DNA of 64,000 nucleotides from Eledone cirrhosa (Eukaryota), in assembly GCA_964016885.1 (NCBI GenBank), contig OZ024744.1, forward strand, positions 27,776,001 to 27,840,000. Direction: 5' to 3'. Under the pieces are notes generated by a model, which worked only from the letters and a program-made list of their open reading frames with translations, did no database searches and was not told where the DNA came from. A program made the translations under genes and the position numbers. Every line of letters begins with the position of its first letter. The first letter of the stretch is position 1. Positions 11,949 to 24,500 of this stretch are shown here, piece by piece.

Positions 11949-14900
11949 GCTGTTATAACTGTTACTGTCATTGTTGTTGTTGTTGTCGCTGGTATCACTG
12001 TTATTTTCATTGTTGTTGTCGCTGTTATCACTGTTATTGTCACTCTTGTTGTTGTTGTCGCTGTTATCACTGTTATTGTCACTGTTGTTGTTGTTGTCAC
12101 TGTTATAAATGTTATTGTCACTGTTGTCGTTGTTGTCGCTGTTATCACTGTTATTGTCACTGTTGTTGTTGTTGTTGTCGCTGTCATAACTGTTCTTTTC
12201 ACTGTTGTTGTTGTTGTTGTTCTCGCTGTTATCACTGTTATTGTCACTGTTGTTGTCGCTGGTATCACTGTTATTGTCACTGTTGTTATTGTTGTTGTTG
12301 CTGTTATCACTGTTATTGTCACTGTTGTAGTTGTTGTCGCTGTTATAACTGTTATTGTCACTGTTGTTGTTGTTGCTGTCGCTGTTATCACTGTTATTGT
12401 CATTGTTGTTGTTGTTGTCGCTGTTATCACTGTTATTGTCACTGTTGTTGTCGCTGTTATCACTGTTATTTTCATTGTTGTTGTTGTTGTTCTCTCTGTT
12501 ATCACTGTTATTGTCACTGTTATTGTCACTGTTGTTGTTGTTCTCGCTGTTATAACTGTTATTGTCACTGTTGTTGTTGTCGCTGTTATAACTGTTATTG
12601 TCACTGTTGTTGTTGTTGTCACTGTTATCACTGTTATTGTCACTGTTGTTGTTGTTCTCGCTGTTATCACTGTTATTGTCATTGTTGTTGTTGTCGCTGT
12701 TATCACTGTTATTGTCACTGTTGCTGTTGTTGTCGCTGTTATCTCTGTTATTGTCATTGTTGTCGCTGTTATAACTGTTATTGTCATTGTTGTTGTTGTT
12801 GTTGCTGTTATAACTGTTACTGTCATTGTTGTTGTTGTTGTCGCTGTTATCACTGTTATTTTCATTGTTGTTGTTGTCGCTGTTATCACTGTTATTGTCA
12901 CTGTTGTTGTTGTTGTCGCTGTTATCACTGTTATTGTCACTGTTGTTGTTGTTTTCACTGTTATAAATGTTATTGTCACTGTTGTCATTGTTGTCGCTGT
13001 TATCACTGTTATTGTCACTGTTGTTGTTGTTGTTGTCGCTGTCATAACTGTTCTTTTCACTGTTGTTGTTGTTGTTCTCGCTGTTATCACTGTTATTGTC
13101 ACTGTTGTTGTCGCTGTTATCATTGTTATTGTCACTGTTGTTATTGTTGTTGTTGCTGTTATCACTGTTATTGTCACTGTTGTAGTTGTTGTCGCTGTTT
13201 TTAACTGTTATTGTCACTGTTGTTGTTGTTGCTGTCGCTGTTATCACTGTTATTGTCATTGTTGTTGTTGTTGTTCTCTCTGTTATCACTGTTATTGTCA
13301 CTGTTATTGTCACTGTTGTGGTTGTTCTCGCTGTTATAATTGTTATTGTGACTGTTGTTGTTGTCGCTGTTATAACTGTTATTGTTATTGTTGTTGTTGT
13401 TGTCGCTGTTATCACTGTTATTAACACTGTTGTTGTTGTTGTTCTCGCTGTTATCACTGTTATTGTCACTGTTGTTGTTGTTGTCGCTGTTATAACTGTT
13501 ATTGTCACTGTTGTTGTTGCTGTTGTCGCTGTCATAACTCTTATTGTCACTGTTGTTGTTGTTGTCGTTGGTATCACTGTTATTGTCATTATTGTTGTTC
13601 TCGCTGTTATCACTGGTATTGACACAGTTGTTGTTGTTGTTGCCGCTGTTATAACTGTTATTGTCTCTGTTGATGTTGTTGTTGTCGTTGTTATAACTGT
13701 TATTATCACTGTTGTTGTTGTCGCTGTTATAACTCTTATTGTCACTGTTGTTGTTGTTGTCGTCGTTGTTATCACTGTTATTGTCATTATTGTTGTTGTC
13801 GCTGTTATCACTGTTATTGTCATTGTTGTTGTTGTTGTCGCTGTTATCACTGTTATTGTCCCTGTTGTTGTTGTCGCTGTTATAAATGTTATTGTCACTA
13901 TTGCTCTTGTTGTGTTCGCTCTTATCACTCTTATTGTCATTGCTGTTGTTGTTCTCGCTGCTATCCCTGTTATTGTCATTGTTGTTGTTGTTGTACTCGC
14001 TGTTATCACTGTTATTGTCATTGGTGTTGTTGTTGTCGCTATTATCACTGTTATTGTCACTGTTGTTGTTGTCGCTGTTATAAATGTTATTGTCACTATT
14101 GCTCTTGTTGTGTTCGCTCTTATCACTCTTATTGTCATTGCTGTTGTTGTTGTCGCTGTTATCACTGTTATTTTCATTGTTTTTGTTGTTGTCGCTGTTA
14201 TAACTGTTATTGTCGCTGTTATAACTGTTATTGTCGCTGTTATAACTGTTATTGTCATTGTTGTTGTTGTCGCTGTTATCACTGTTATTGACACTGTTGT
14301 TGCTGTTGTTCTCGCTGTTATCACTGTTATTGTCACTGTTGTTGTTGTTGTTCTCGCTGTTACCACTGTTATTGTCAATGTTGTTGTTGTTGTAGCTGTT
14401 ATAACTGTTATTGTCACTGTTGTTGTTGTCGCTCTTATAACTCTTATTGTCACTGTTGTTGTTGTTGTCGTTGTTATCACTGTTATTGTCATTATTGTTA
14501 TTGTCACTGTTATCACGGTTATTGTCATTGTTATTGTTGTTGTTGTCGTCGCTGTTATCACTTTTATTGTCACTGTTTTTGTTGTTGTCGCTTCTATAAC
14601 TGTTATTGTCACTATTGTTGTTGTTGTCGCTTTATCACTGTTATTGTCACTGTTATTGTTCTCGCTGTTATAACTGTTATTCTCACTGTTGTTGTTGTTC
14701 TCGCTGTTATCACTGGTATTGACACTGTTGTTGTTTGTATTGTCGCTGTTATAACTGTTATTGTCACTGTTGTTATTGTTGTTGTCGCTGTTATAACTGT
14801 TATTGTCACTGTTGTTGTTGTTGTTCTCGCTGTTATCACTGTTATTGTCATTGTTGTTGTTGTCGCTGTTATCACTGTTATTGTCACTGTTGTTGTTGTT

Positions 14901-17387
14901 CTCGCTGTTATCACTGTTATTGTCACTGTTGTTGTTGTTCTCGCTGTTATCACTGTTATTGTCATTGTTGTTGTTGTTGTGTTCGCTGTTATAACTGTTA
15001 TTGTCATTGTTGTTGTTGTTGTCGCTGTTATCACTGTTATTGTCACTGTTGTTGTTGTCGCTGGTATAACTGTTATTGTCACTGTTGTTTTTGTTGTTGT
15101 CGCTGTTATCACTGTTATTGTCACTGTTGTTGTTGTCGCTGTTATAACTGTTATTGTCATTGTTGTTGTTGTTGTCACTGTTATCACTGTTATTGTCACT
15201 GTTGTTGTTGTTCTCGCTGTTATCACTGTTATTTTCATTGTTGTTGTTGTCGCTGTTATCACTGTTATTGTCACTGTTGCTGTTGTTGTCGCTGTTATCT
15301 CTGTTATTGTCATTGTTGTTGTCGCTGTTATAACTGTTATTGTCATTGTTGTTGATGCTGTTATAACTGTTACTGTCATTGTTGTTGTTGTTGTCGCTGT
15401 TATCACTGTTATTTTCATTGTTGTTGTTGTCGCTGTTATCACTGTTATTGTCACTGTTGTTGTTGTTGTCGCTGTTATCACTGTTATTGTCACTGTTGTT
15501 GTTGTTGTCACTGTTATAAATGTAATAGTCACTGTTGTCGTTGTTGTCGCTGTTATCACTGTTATTGTCACTGTTGTTGTTGTTGTCGCTGTCATAACTG
15601 TTCTTTTCACTGTTGTTGTTGTTGTTGTCGCTGTTATAACTGTTATTGTCACTGTTGTTGTCGCTGTTATAACTCTTATTGTCACTGTTGTTGTTGTTGT
15701 CGCTGTTATCACTGTTATTGTCACAGTTGTTGTTGTCGCTGTTATCATTGTTATTGTCATTGTCGTTGTTGTCGCTTTTATAACTGTTATTGTCATTATT
15801 GTTGTTGTTGTCGCTGTTATAACTGTTATTGTCACTGTTGTTGTTGCTGTCGGTGTTATAACTGTTATTGTCACTGTTGTTATTGTTGTAGTCGCTGTTA
15901 TAACTGTTATTGTCACTGTTGTTGTTGTTGTTCTCGCTGTTATCACTGTTATTGTCATTGTTGTTGTTGTCGCTGTTATCACTGTTATTGTCACTGTTGT
16001 TGTTGTTCTCGCTGTTATCACTGTTATTGTCACTGTTGTTGTTCTTCTTCTCGCTGTTATCACTGTTATTGTCATTGTTGTTGTTGTGTTCGCTGTTATA
16101 ACTGTTATTGTCATTGTTGTTGTTGTTGTTGTCGCTGTTATAACTGTTATTGTCACTGTTGTTGTCGCTGTTATAACTCTTATTGTCACTGTTGTTGTTG
16201 TTGTCGCTGTTATCACTGTTATTGTCACAGTTGTTGTTGTCGCTGTTGTCATTGTTATTGTCATTGTTGTTGTTGTCGCTTTTATAAATGTTATTGTCAT
16301 TGTAGTTGTTGTTGTCGCTGTTATAACTGTTATTGTCACTGTTGTTGTTGTTGCTGTCGGTGTTATAACTGTTATTAGTTACTGTTGTTGTTGTTGTTCT
16401 CGCTGTTACCACTGTTATTGTCAATGTTGTTGTTGTTGTCGCTGTTATAACTGTTATTGTCACTGTTGTTGTTGTTGTCGCTGTTATAACTCTTATTGTC
16501 ACTGTTGTTGTTGTTGTTGTCGCTGTTATCACTGTTATTGTCATTGTTGTTGTTGTTGTTGTCGCTGTTATCACTGTTGTTGTCACTGTTGTTGTTGTTG
16601 TCGCTTCTATAACTGTTATTGTCACTATTGCTGTTGTTGTTGTCGCTGTTATCACTCGTATTGTCATTGTTGTTGTCGCTGTTTTCACTGTTATTGTCAC
16701 TGTTGTTGTTCTCGCTGTTATAACTGTTATTCTCACTGTTGTTGTTCTGGCTGTTATCACTGGTATTGACACTGTTGTTGTTTTTATTGTCGCTGTTAGA
16801 ACTGTTATTGTCACTGTTATTATTGTTGTTGTCGCTGTTATCACTGTTATTGTCACTGTTGTTGTTGTTGTTCTCGCTGTTATCACTGTTATTGTCATTG
16901 TTGTTGTTGTCGCTGTTATCACTGTTATTGTCATTGTTGTTGTCGCTGTTATCACTATTATTGTCACTGTTGTTGTTCTTCTCGCTGTTATCACTGTTAT
17001 TGTCACTGTTGTTGTTCTTCTCGCTGTTATCACTGTTATTGTCGTTGTTGTTGTTGTGTTCGCTGTTATAACTGTTATTATCATTGTTGTTGTTGTTGTT
17101 GTTGTCGCTGTTATCACTGTTATTGTCACTGTTGTTGTTGTCGCTGGTATAACTGTTATTGTCACTGTTGTTTTTGTTGTTGTCGCTGTTATCACTGTTA
17201 TTGTCACTGTTGTTGTTGTCGCTGTTATAACTGTTATTGTCACTGTTGTTGTTGTCACTGTTATCACTGTTATTGTCACTGTTGTTGTTGTTCCCGCTGT
17301 TATCACTGTTATTGTCACTGTTGCTGTTGTTGTCGCTGTTATCTCTGTTATTGTCATTGTTGTTGTCGCTGGTATAACTGTTATTGT

Positions 17388-17419
<32 letters not shown>

Positions 17420-20400
17420 CTGTTATAACTGTTACTGTCATTATTGTTGTTGTTGTCGCTGGTATCACTGTTATTTTCATTGTTGTTGTCGCTGTTATCA
17501 CTGTTATTGTCACTGTTGTTGTTGTTGTCGCTGTTATCACTGTTATTGTCACTGTTGTTGTTGTTGTCACTGTTATAAATGTTATTGTCACTGTTGTCGT
17601 TGTTGTCGCTGTTATCACTGTTATTGTCACTGTTGTTGTTGTTGTTGTCGCTGTCATAACTGTTCTTTTCACTGTTGTTGTTGTTGTTGTTCTCGCTGTT
17701 ATCACTATTATTGTCACTGTTGTTGTCGCTGGTATCACTGTTATTGTCACTGTTGTTATTGTTGTTGTTGCTGTTATCACTGTTATTGTCACTGTTGTAG
17801 TTGTTGTCGCTGTTATAACTGTTATTGTCACTGTTGTTGTTGTTGCTGTCGCTGTTATCACTGTTATTGTCATTGTTGTTGTTGTTGTCGCTGTTATCAC
17901 TGTTATTGTCACTGTTGTTGTCGCTGTTATCACTGTTATTTTCATTGTTGTTGTTGTTGTTCTCACTGTTATTGTCACTGTTATTGTCACTGTTGTTGTT
18001 GTTCTCGCTGTTATAACTGTTATTGTCACTGTTGTTGTTGTCGCTGTTATAACTGTTATTGTCACTGTTGTTGTTGTTGTCACTGTTATTGTCACTGTTG
18101 TTGTTGTTCTCGCTGTTATCACTGTTATTGTCATTGTTGTTGTTGTCGCTGTTATCACTGTTATTGTCACTGTTGCTGTTGTTGTCGCTGTTATCTCTGT
18201 TATTGTCATTGTTGTCGCTGTTATAACTGTTATTGTCATTGTTGTTGTTGTTGTTGCTGTTATAACTGTTACTGTCATTGTTGTTGTTGTTGTCGCTGTT
18301 ATCACTGTTATTTTCATTGTTGTTGTTGTTGTCGCTGTTATCACTGTTATTGTCACTGTTGTTGTTGTTGTCGCTGTTATCACTGTTATTGTCACTGTTG
18401 TTGTTGTTGTCACTGTTATAAATGTTATTGTCACTGTTGTCATTGTTGTCGCTGTTATCACTGTTATTGTCACTGTTGTTGTTGTTGTTGTTGTCGCTGT
18501 CATAACTGTTCTTTTCACTGTTGTTGTTGTTGTTCTCGCTGTTATCACTGTTATTGTCACTGTTGTTGTCGCTGTTATCATTGTTATTGTCACTGTTGTT
18601 ATTGTTGTTGTTGCTGTTATCACTGTTATTGTCACTGTTGTAGTTGTTGTCGCTGTTTTTAACTGTTATTGTCACTGTTGTTGTTGTTGCTGTCGCTGTT
18701 ATCACTGTTATTGTCATTGTTGTTGTTGTTGTTCTCTCTGTTATCACTGTTATTGTCACTGTTATTGTCACTGTTGTGGTTGTTCTCGCTGTTATAATTG
18801 TTATTGTGACTGTTGTTGTTGTCGCTGTTATAACTGTTATTGTTATTGTTGTTGTTGTTGTCGCTGTTATCACTGTTATTAACACTGTTGTTGTTGTTCT
18901 CGCTGTTATCACTGTTATTGTCACTGTTGTTGTTGTTGTCGCTGTTATAACTGTTATTGTCACTGTTGTTGTTGCTGTTGTCGCTGTCATAACTCTTATT
19001 GTCACTGTTGTTGTTGTTGTCGTTGGTATCACTGTTATTGTCATTATTGTTGTTCTCGCTGTTATCACTGGTATTGACACAGTTGTTGTTGTTGTTGCCG
19101 CTGTTATAACTGTTATTGTCACTGTTGTTGTTGTCGCTGTTATAACTCTTATTGTCACTGTTGTTGTTGTTGTCGTCGTTGTTATCACTGTTATTGTCAT
19201 TATTGTTGTTGTCGCTGTTATCACTGTTATTGTCATTGTTGTTGTTGTTGTCGCTGTTATCACTGTTATTGTCCCTGTTGTTGTTGTCGCTGTTATAAAT
19301 GTTATTGTCATTGTTGTTGTTGTCGCTGTTATCACTGTTATTGACACTGTTGTTGCTGTTGTTCTCGCTGTTATCACTGTTATTGTCACTGTTGTTGTTG
19401 TTGTTCGCGCTGTTACCACTGTTATTGTCAATGTTGTTGTTGTTGTAGCTGTTATAACTGTTATTGTCACTGTTGTTGTTGTCGCTCTTATAACTCTTAT
19501 TGTCACTGTTGTTGTTGTTGTCGTTGTTACCACTGTTATTGTCATTATTGTTATTGTCACTGTTATCACGGTTATTGTCATTGTTATTGTTGTTGTTGTC
19601 GTCGCTGTTATCACTTTTATTGTCACTGTTTTTGTTGTTGTCGCTTCTATAACTGTTATTTTCACTATTGTTGTTGTTGTCGCTTTATCACTGTTATTGT
19701 CACTGTTGTTGTTCTCGCTGTTATAACTGTTATTCTCACTGTTGTTGTTGTTCTCGCTGTTATCACTGGTATTGACACTGTTGTTGTTTTTATTGTCGCT
19801 GTTATAACTGTTATTGTCACTGTTGTTATTGTTGTTGTCGCTGTTATAACTGTTATTATCACTGTTGTTGTTGTTGTTCTCGCTGTTATCACTGTTATTG
19901 TCATTGTTGTTGTTGTTGTCGCTGTTATCACTGTTATTGTCACTGTTGTTGTTGTCGCTGGTAAAACTGTTATTGTCACTGTTGTTTTTGTTGTTGTCGC
20001 TGTTATCACTGTTATTGTCACTGTTGTTGTTGTCGCTGTTATAACTGTTATTGTCATTGTTGTTGTTGTTGTCACTGTTATCACTGTTATTGTCACTGTT
20101 GTTGTTGTTCTCGCTGTTATCACTGTTATTTTCATTGTTGTTGTTGTCGTTGTTATCACTGTTATTGTCACTGTTGCTGTTGTTGTCGCTGTTATCTCTG
20201 TTATTGTCATTGTTGTTGTCGCTGTTATAACTGTTATTGTCATTGTTGTTGATGCTGTTATAACTGTTACTGTCATTGTTGTTGTTGTTGTCGCTGTTAT
20301 CACTGTTATTTTCATTGTTGTTGTTGTCGCTGTTATCACTGTTATTGTCACTGTTGTTGTTGTTGTCGCTGTTATCACTGTTATTGTCACTGTTGTTGTT

Positions 20401-21577
20401 GTTGTCACTGTTATAAATGTTATAGTCACTGTTGTCGTTGTTGTCGCTGTTATCACTGTTACTGTCATTGTTGTTGTTGTTGTCGCTGTTATCACTGTTA
20501 TTTTCATTGTTGTTGTTGTCGCTGTTATCACTGTTCTTTTCACTGTTGTTGTTGTTGTCGCTGTTATAACTGTTATTGTCACTGTTGTTGTCGCATTTAT
20601 AACTCTTATTGTCACTGTTGTTGTTGTTGTCGCTGTTATCACTGTTATTGTCACAGTTGTTGTTGTCGCTGTTATCATTGTTATTGTCATTGTCGTTGTT
20701 GTCGCTTTTATAACTGTTATTGTCATTATTGTTGTTGTTGTCGCTGTTATAACTGTTATTGTCACTGTTGTTGTTGTTGCTGTCGGTGTTATAACTGTTA
20801 TTGTCACTGTTGTTATTGTTGTAGTCGCTGTTATAACTGTTATTGTCACTGTTGTTGTTGTTGTTCTCGCTGTTATCACTGTTATTGTCATTGTTGTTGT
20901 TGTCGCTGTTATCACTGTTATTGTCACTGTTGTTGTTCTCGCTGTTATCACTGTTATTGTCACTGTTGTTGTTCTTCTCGCTGTTATCACTGTTATTGTC
21001 ATTGTTGTTGTTGTGTTCGCTGTTATAACTGTTATTGTCATTGTTGTTGTTGTTGTTGTCGCTGTTATCACTGTTATTGTCACTGTTGTTGTTGTTCTCG
21101 CTGTTATCACTGTTATTGTCATTGTTGTTGTTGTCGCTGTTATCACTGTTATTGTCACTGTTTCTGTTGTTGTCGCTGTTATCTCTGTTATTGTCATTGT
21201 TGTTGTCGCTGTTATAACTGTTATTGTCATTGTTGTTGTTGTTGTTGTTGCTGTTATAACTGTTACTGTCATTGTTGTTGTTGTTGTTGTCGCTGTAATC
21301 ACTGTTATATTCATTGTTGTTGTTGTCGCTGTTATCACTGTTATTGTCACTGTTGTTGTTGTTGTTGTCGATTTTATCACTGTTATTGTCACTGTTGTTG
21401 TTGTTGTCACTGTTATAAATGTTATTGTCACTGTTGTCGTTGTTGTCGCTGTTATCACTGTTATTGTCACAGTTGTTGTTGTCGCTGTTGTCATTGTTAT
21501 TGTCATTGTCGTTGTTGTCGCTTTTATAACTGTTATTGTCATTGTAGTTGTTGTTGCTGTCGGTGTTATAACTGTTA
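10908..21577. repeat. Tandem pair of ~5.2-5.5 kb HOR units (10908-16374 and 16375-21577)
   Basis: Both start at the TTAGTTACT junction. They share ACTCGTATT (CGT at 11220/16657), GCTGTTTTTAACT (13194/18652), GCTTTATC (14629/19682) and ATCACGGTT (~14512/19565). Confidence 0.85.
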
Positions 21578-24500
21578 TTAGTTACTGTTGTTGTTGTTGT
21601 TGTTCTCGCTGTTACCACTGTTATTGTCAATGTTGTTGTTGTTGTCGCTGTTATAACTGTTATTGTCACTGTTATTGTCACTGTTATTGTCACTGTTGTT
21701 GTTGTTGTTGTCGCTGTTATAACTCTTATTGTCACTGTTGTTGTTGTCGTTGTTATCACTGTTATTGTCATTATTGTTATGGTCGCTGTTATCACTGTTA
21801 TTGTCATTGTTGTTTTTGTTGTTGTTGTCGCTGTTATCACTGTTATTGTCACTGTTGTTGTTGTTGTCGCTTCTATAACTGTTATTGTCACTATTGCTGT
21901 TGTTGTTGTCGCTGTTATCACTCTTATTGTCATTGTTGTTGTCGCTGTTATCACTGTTATTGTCACTATTGTTGGTCTCGCTGTTATAACTGTTATTCTC
22001 ACTTTTGTTGTTCTGGCTGTTATCACTGGTATTGACACTGTTGTTGTTTTTATTGTCGCTGTTAGAACTGTTATTGTCACTGTTGTTATTGCTGTTGTCG
22101 CTGTTATAACTGTTATTGTCACTTTTGTTGTTGTTGTTCTTGCTGTTATCACTGTTATTGTCATTGTTGTTGTTGTCGCTGTTATCACTGTTATTGTCAT
22201 TGTTGTTGTTGTCGCTGTTATCACTGTTATTGTCACTGTTGTTGTTGTTCTCGCTGTTATCACTGTTATAGTCACTGTTGTTGTTCTTCTCGCTGTTATC
22301 ACTGTTATTGTCATTGTTGTTGTTGTTGTTGTCGCTGTTATCACTGTTATTTTCACTGTTGTTGTTGTCGGTGGTATAACTGTTATTGTCACTGTTGTTT
22401 TTGGTGTTGTCGCTGTTATCACTGTTATTGTCACTGTTGTTGTTGTCGCTGTTATAACTGTTATTGTCACTGTTGTTGTTGTCACTGTTATCACTGTAAT
22501 TGTCACTGTTGTTGTTGTTCCCGCTGTTATCACTGTTATTGTCATTGTTGTTGTTGTCGCTGTTATCACTGTTATTGTCACTGTTGCTGTTGTTGTCGTT
22601 GTTATCTCTGTTATTGTCATTGTTGTTGTCGCTGTTATAACTGTTATTGTCATTGTTGTTGTTGTTGTTGTTGCTGTTATAACTGTTACTGTCATTGTTG
22701 TTGTTGTTGTCGCTGGTATCACTGTTATTTTCATTGTTGTTGTTGTCGCTGTTATCACTGTTATTGTCACTGTTGTTGTTGTTGTTGTCGCTGTTATCAC
22801 TGTTATTGTCACTGTTGTTGTTGTTGTCACTGTTATAAATGTTATTGTCACTGTTGTCGTTGTTGTCGCTGTTATCACTGTTATTGTCTCTGTTGTTGTT
22901 GTTGTTGTCGATGTCATAACTGTTCTTTTCACTGTTGTTGTTGTTGTTCTCGCTGTTATCACTGTTATTGTCACTGTTGTTGTCGCTGTTATCACTGTTA
23001 TTGTCACTGTTGTTGTTGTTGTTGTTGTCGCTGTCATAACTGTTCTTTTCACTGTTGTTGTTGTTGTTGTCGCTGTTATAACTGTTATTGTCACTGTTGT
23101 TGTCGCATTTATAACTCTTATTGTCACTGTTGTTGTTGTTGTCGCTGTTATCACTGTTATTGTCACAGTTGTTGTTGTCGCTGTTATCATTGTTATTGTC
23201 ATTGTCGTTGTTGTCGCTTTTATAACTGTTATTGTCATTATTGTTGTTGTTGTCGCTGTTATAACTGTTATTGTCACTGTTGTTGTTGTTGCTGTCGGTG
23301 TTATAACTGTTATTGTCACTGTTGTTATTATTGTAGTCGCTGTTATAACTGTTATTGTCACTGTTGTTGTTCTCGCTGTTATCACTGTTATTGTCATTGT
23401 TGTTGTTGTCGCTGTTATCACTGTTATTGTCACTGTTGTTGTTGTTCTCGCTGTTATCACTGTTATTGTCACTGTTGTTGTTCTTCTCGCTGTTATCACT
23501 GTTATTGTCATTGTTGTTGTTGTGTTCGCTGTTATAACTGTTATTGTCATTGTTGTTGTTGTTGTTGTCGCTGTTATCACTGTTATTGTCACTGTTGTTG
23601 TTGTTCTCGCTGTTATCACTGTTATTGTCATTGATGTTGTTGTCGCTGTTATCACTGTTATTGTCACTGTTTCTGTTGTCGCTGTTATCTCTGTTATTGT
23701 CATTGTTGTTGTGGCTGTTATAACTGTTATTGTCATTGTTGTTGTTGTTGTTGTTGCTGTTATAACTGTTACTGTCATTGTTGTTGTTGTTGTCGCTGTA
23801 ATCACTGTTATTTTCATTGTTGTTGTTGTCGCTGTTATCACTGTTATTGTCACTGTTGTTGTTGTTGTTGTTGTCGATTTTATCACTGTTATTGTCACTG
23901 TTGTTGTTGTTGTTGTCACTGTTATAAATGTTATTGTCACTGTTGTCGTTGTTGTCGCTGTTATCACTGTTATTGTCACAGTTGTTGTTGTCGCTGTTGT
24001 CATTGTTATTGTCATTGTCGTTGTTGTCGCTTTTATAACTGTTATTGTCATTGTAGTTGTTGTTGCTGTCGGTGTTATAACTGTTATTAGTTACTGTTGT
24101 TGTTGTTGTTCTCGCTGTTACCACTGTTATTGTCAATGTTGTTGTTGTTGTTGTCGCTGTTATAACTGTTATTGTCACTGTTATTGTCACTGTTATTGTC
24201 ACTGTTGTTGTTGTTGTTGTCGCTGTTATAACTCTTATTGTCACTGTTGTTGTTGTTGTTGTTGTTGTCGTTGTTATCACTGTTATTGTCATTATTGTTA
24301 TGGTCGCTGTTATAACTGTTATTGTCATTGTTGTTGTTGTTGTTGTTGTCGCTGTTATCACTGTTATTGTCACTGTTGTTGTTGTTGTCGCTTCTATAAC
24401 TGTTATTGTCACTATTGCTGTTGTTGTTGTCGCTGTTATCACTCTTATTGTCATTGTTGTTGTCGCTGTTATCACTGTTATTGTCACTGTTGTTGGTCTC

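Noticed and set aside
14735-15355. Cys/Tyr/His-rich ORFs resembling metallothionein or keratin-associated proteins
   Set aside because: This is the TGT frame of the GTT repeat. It is open almost everywhere, and starts are chance variants or alternative start codons.
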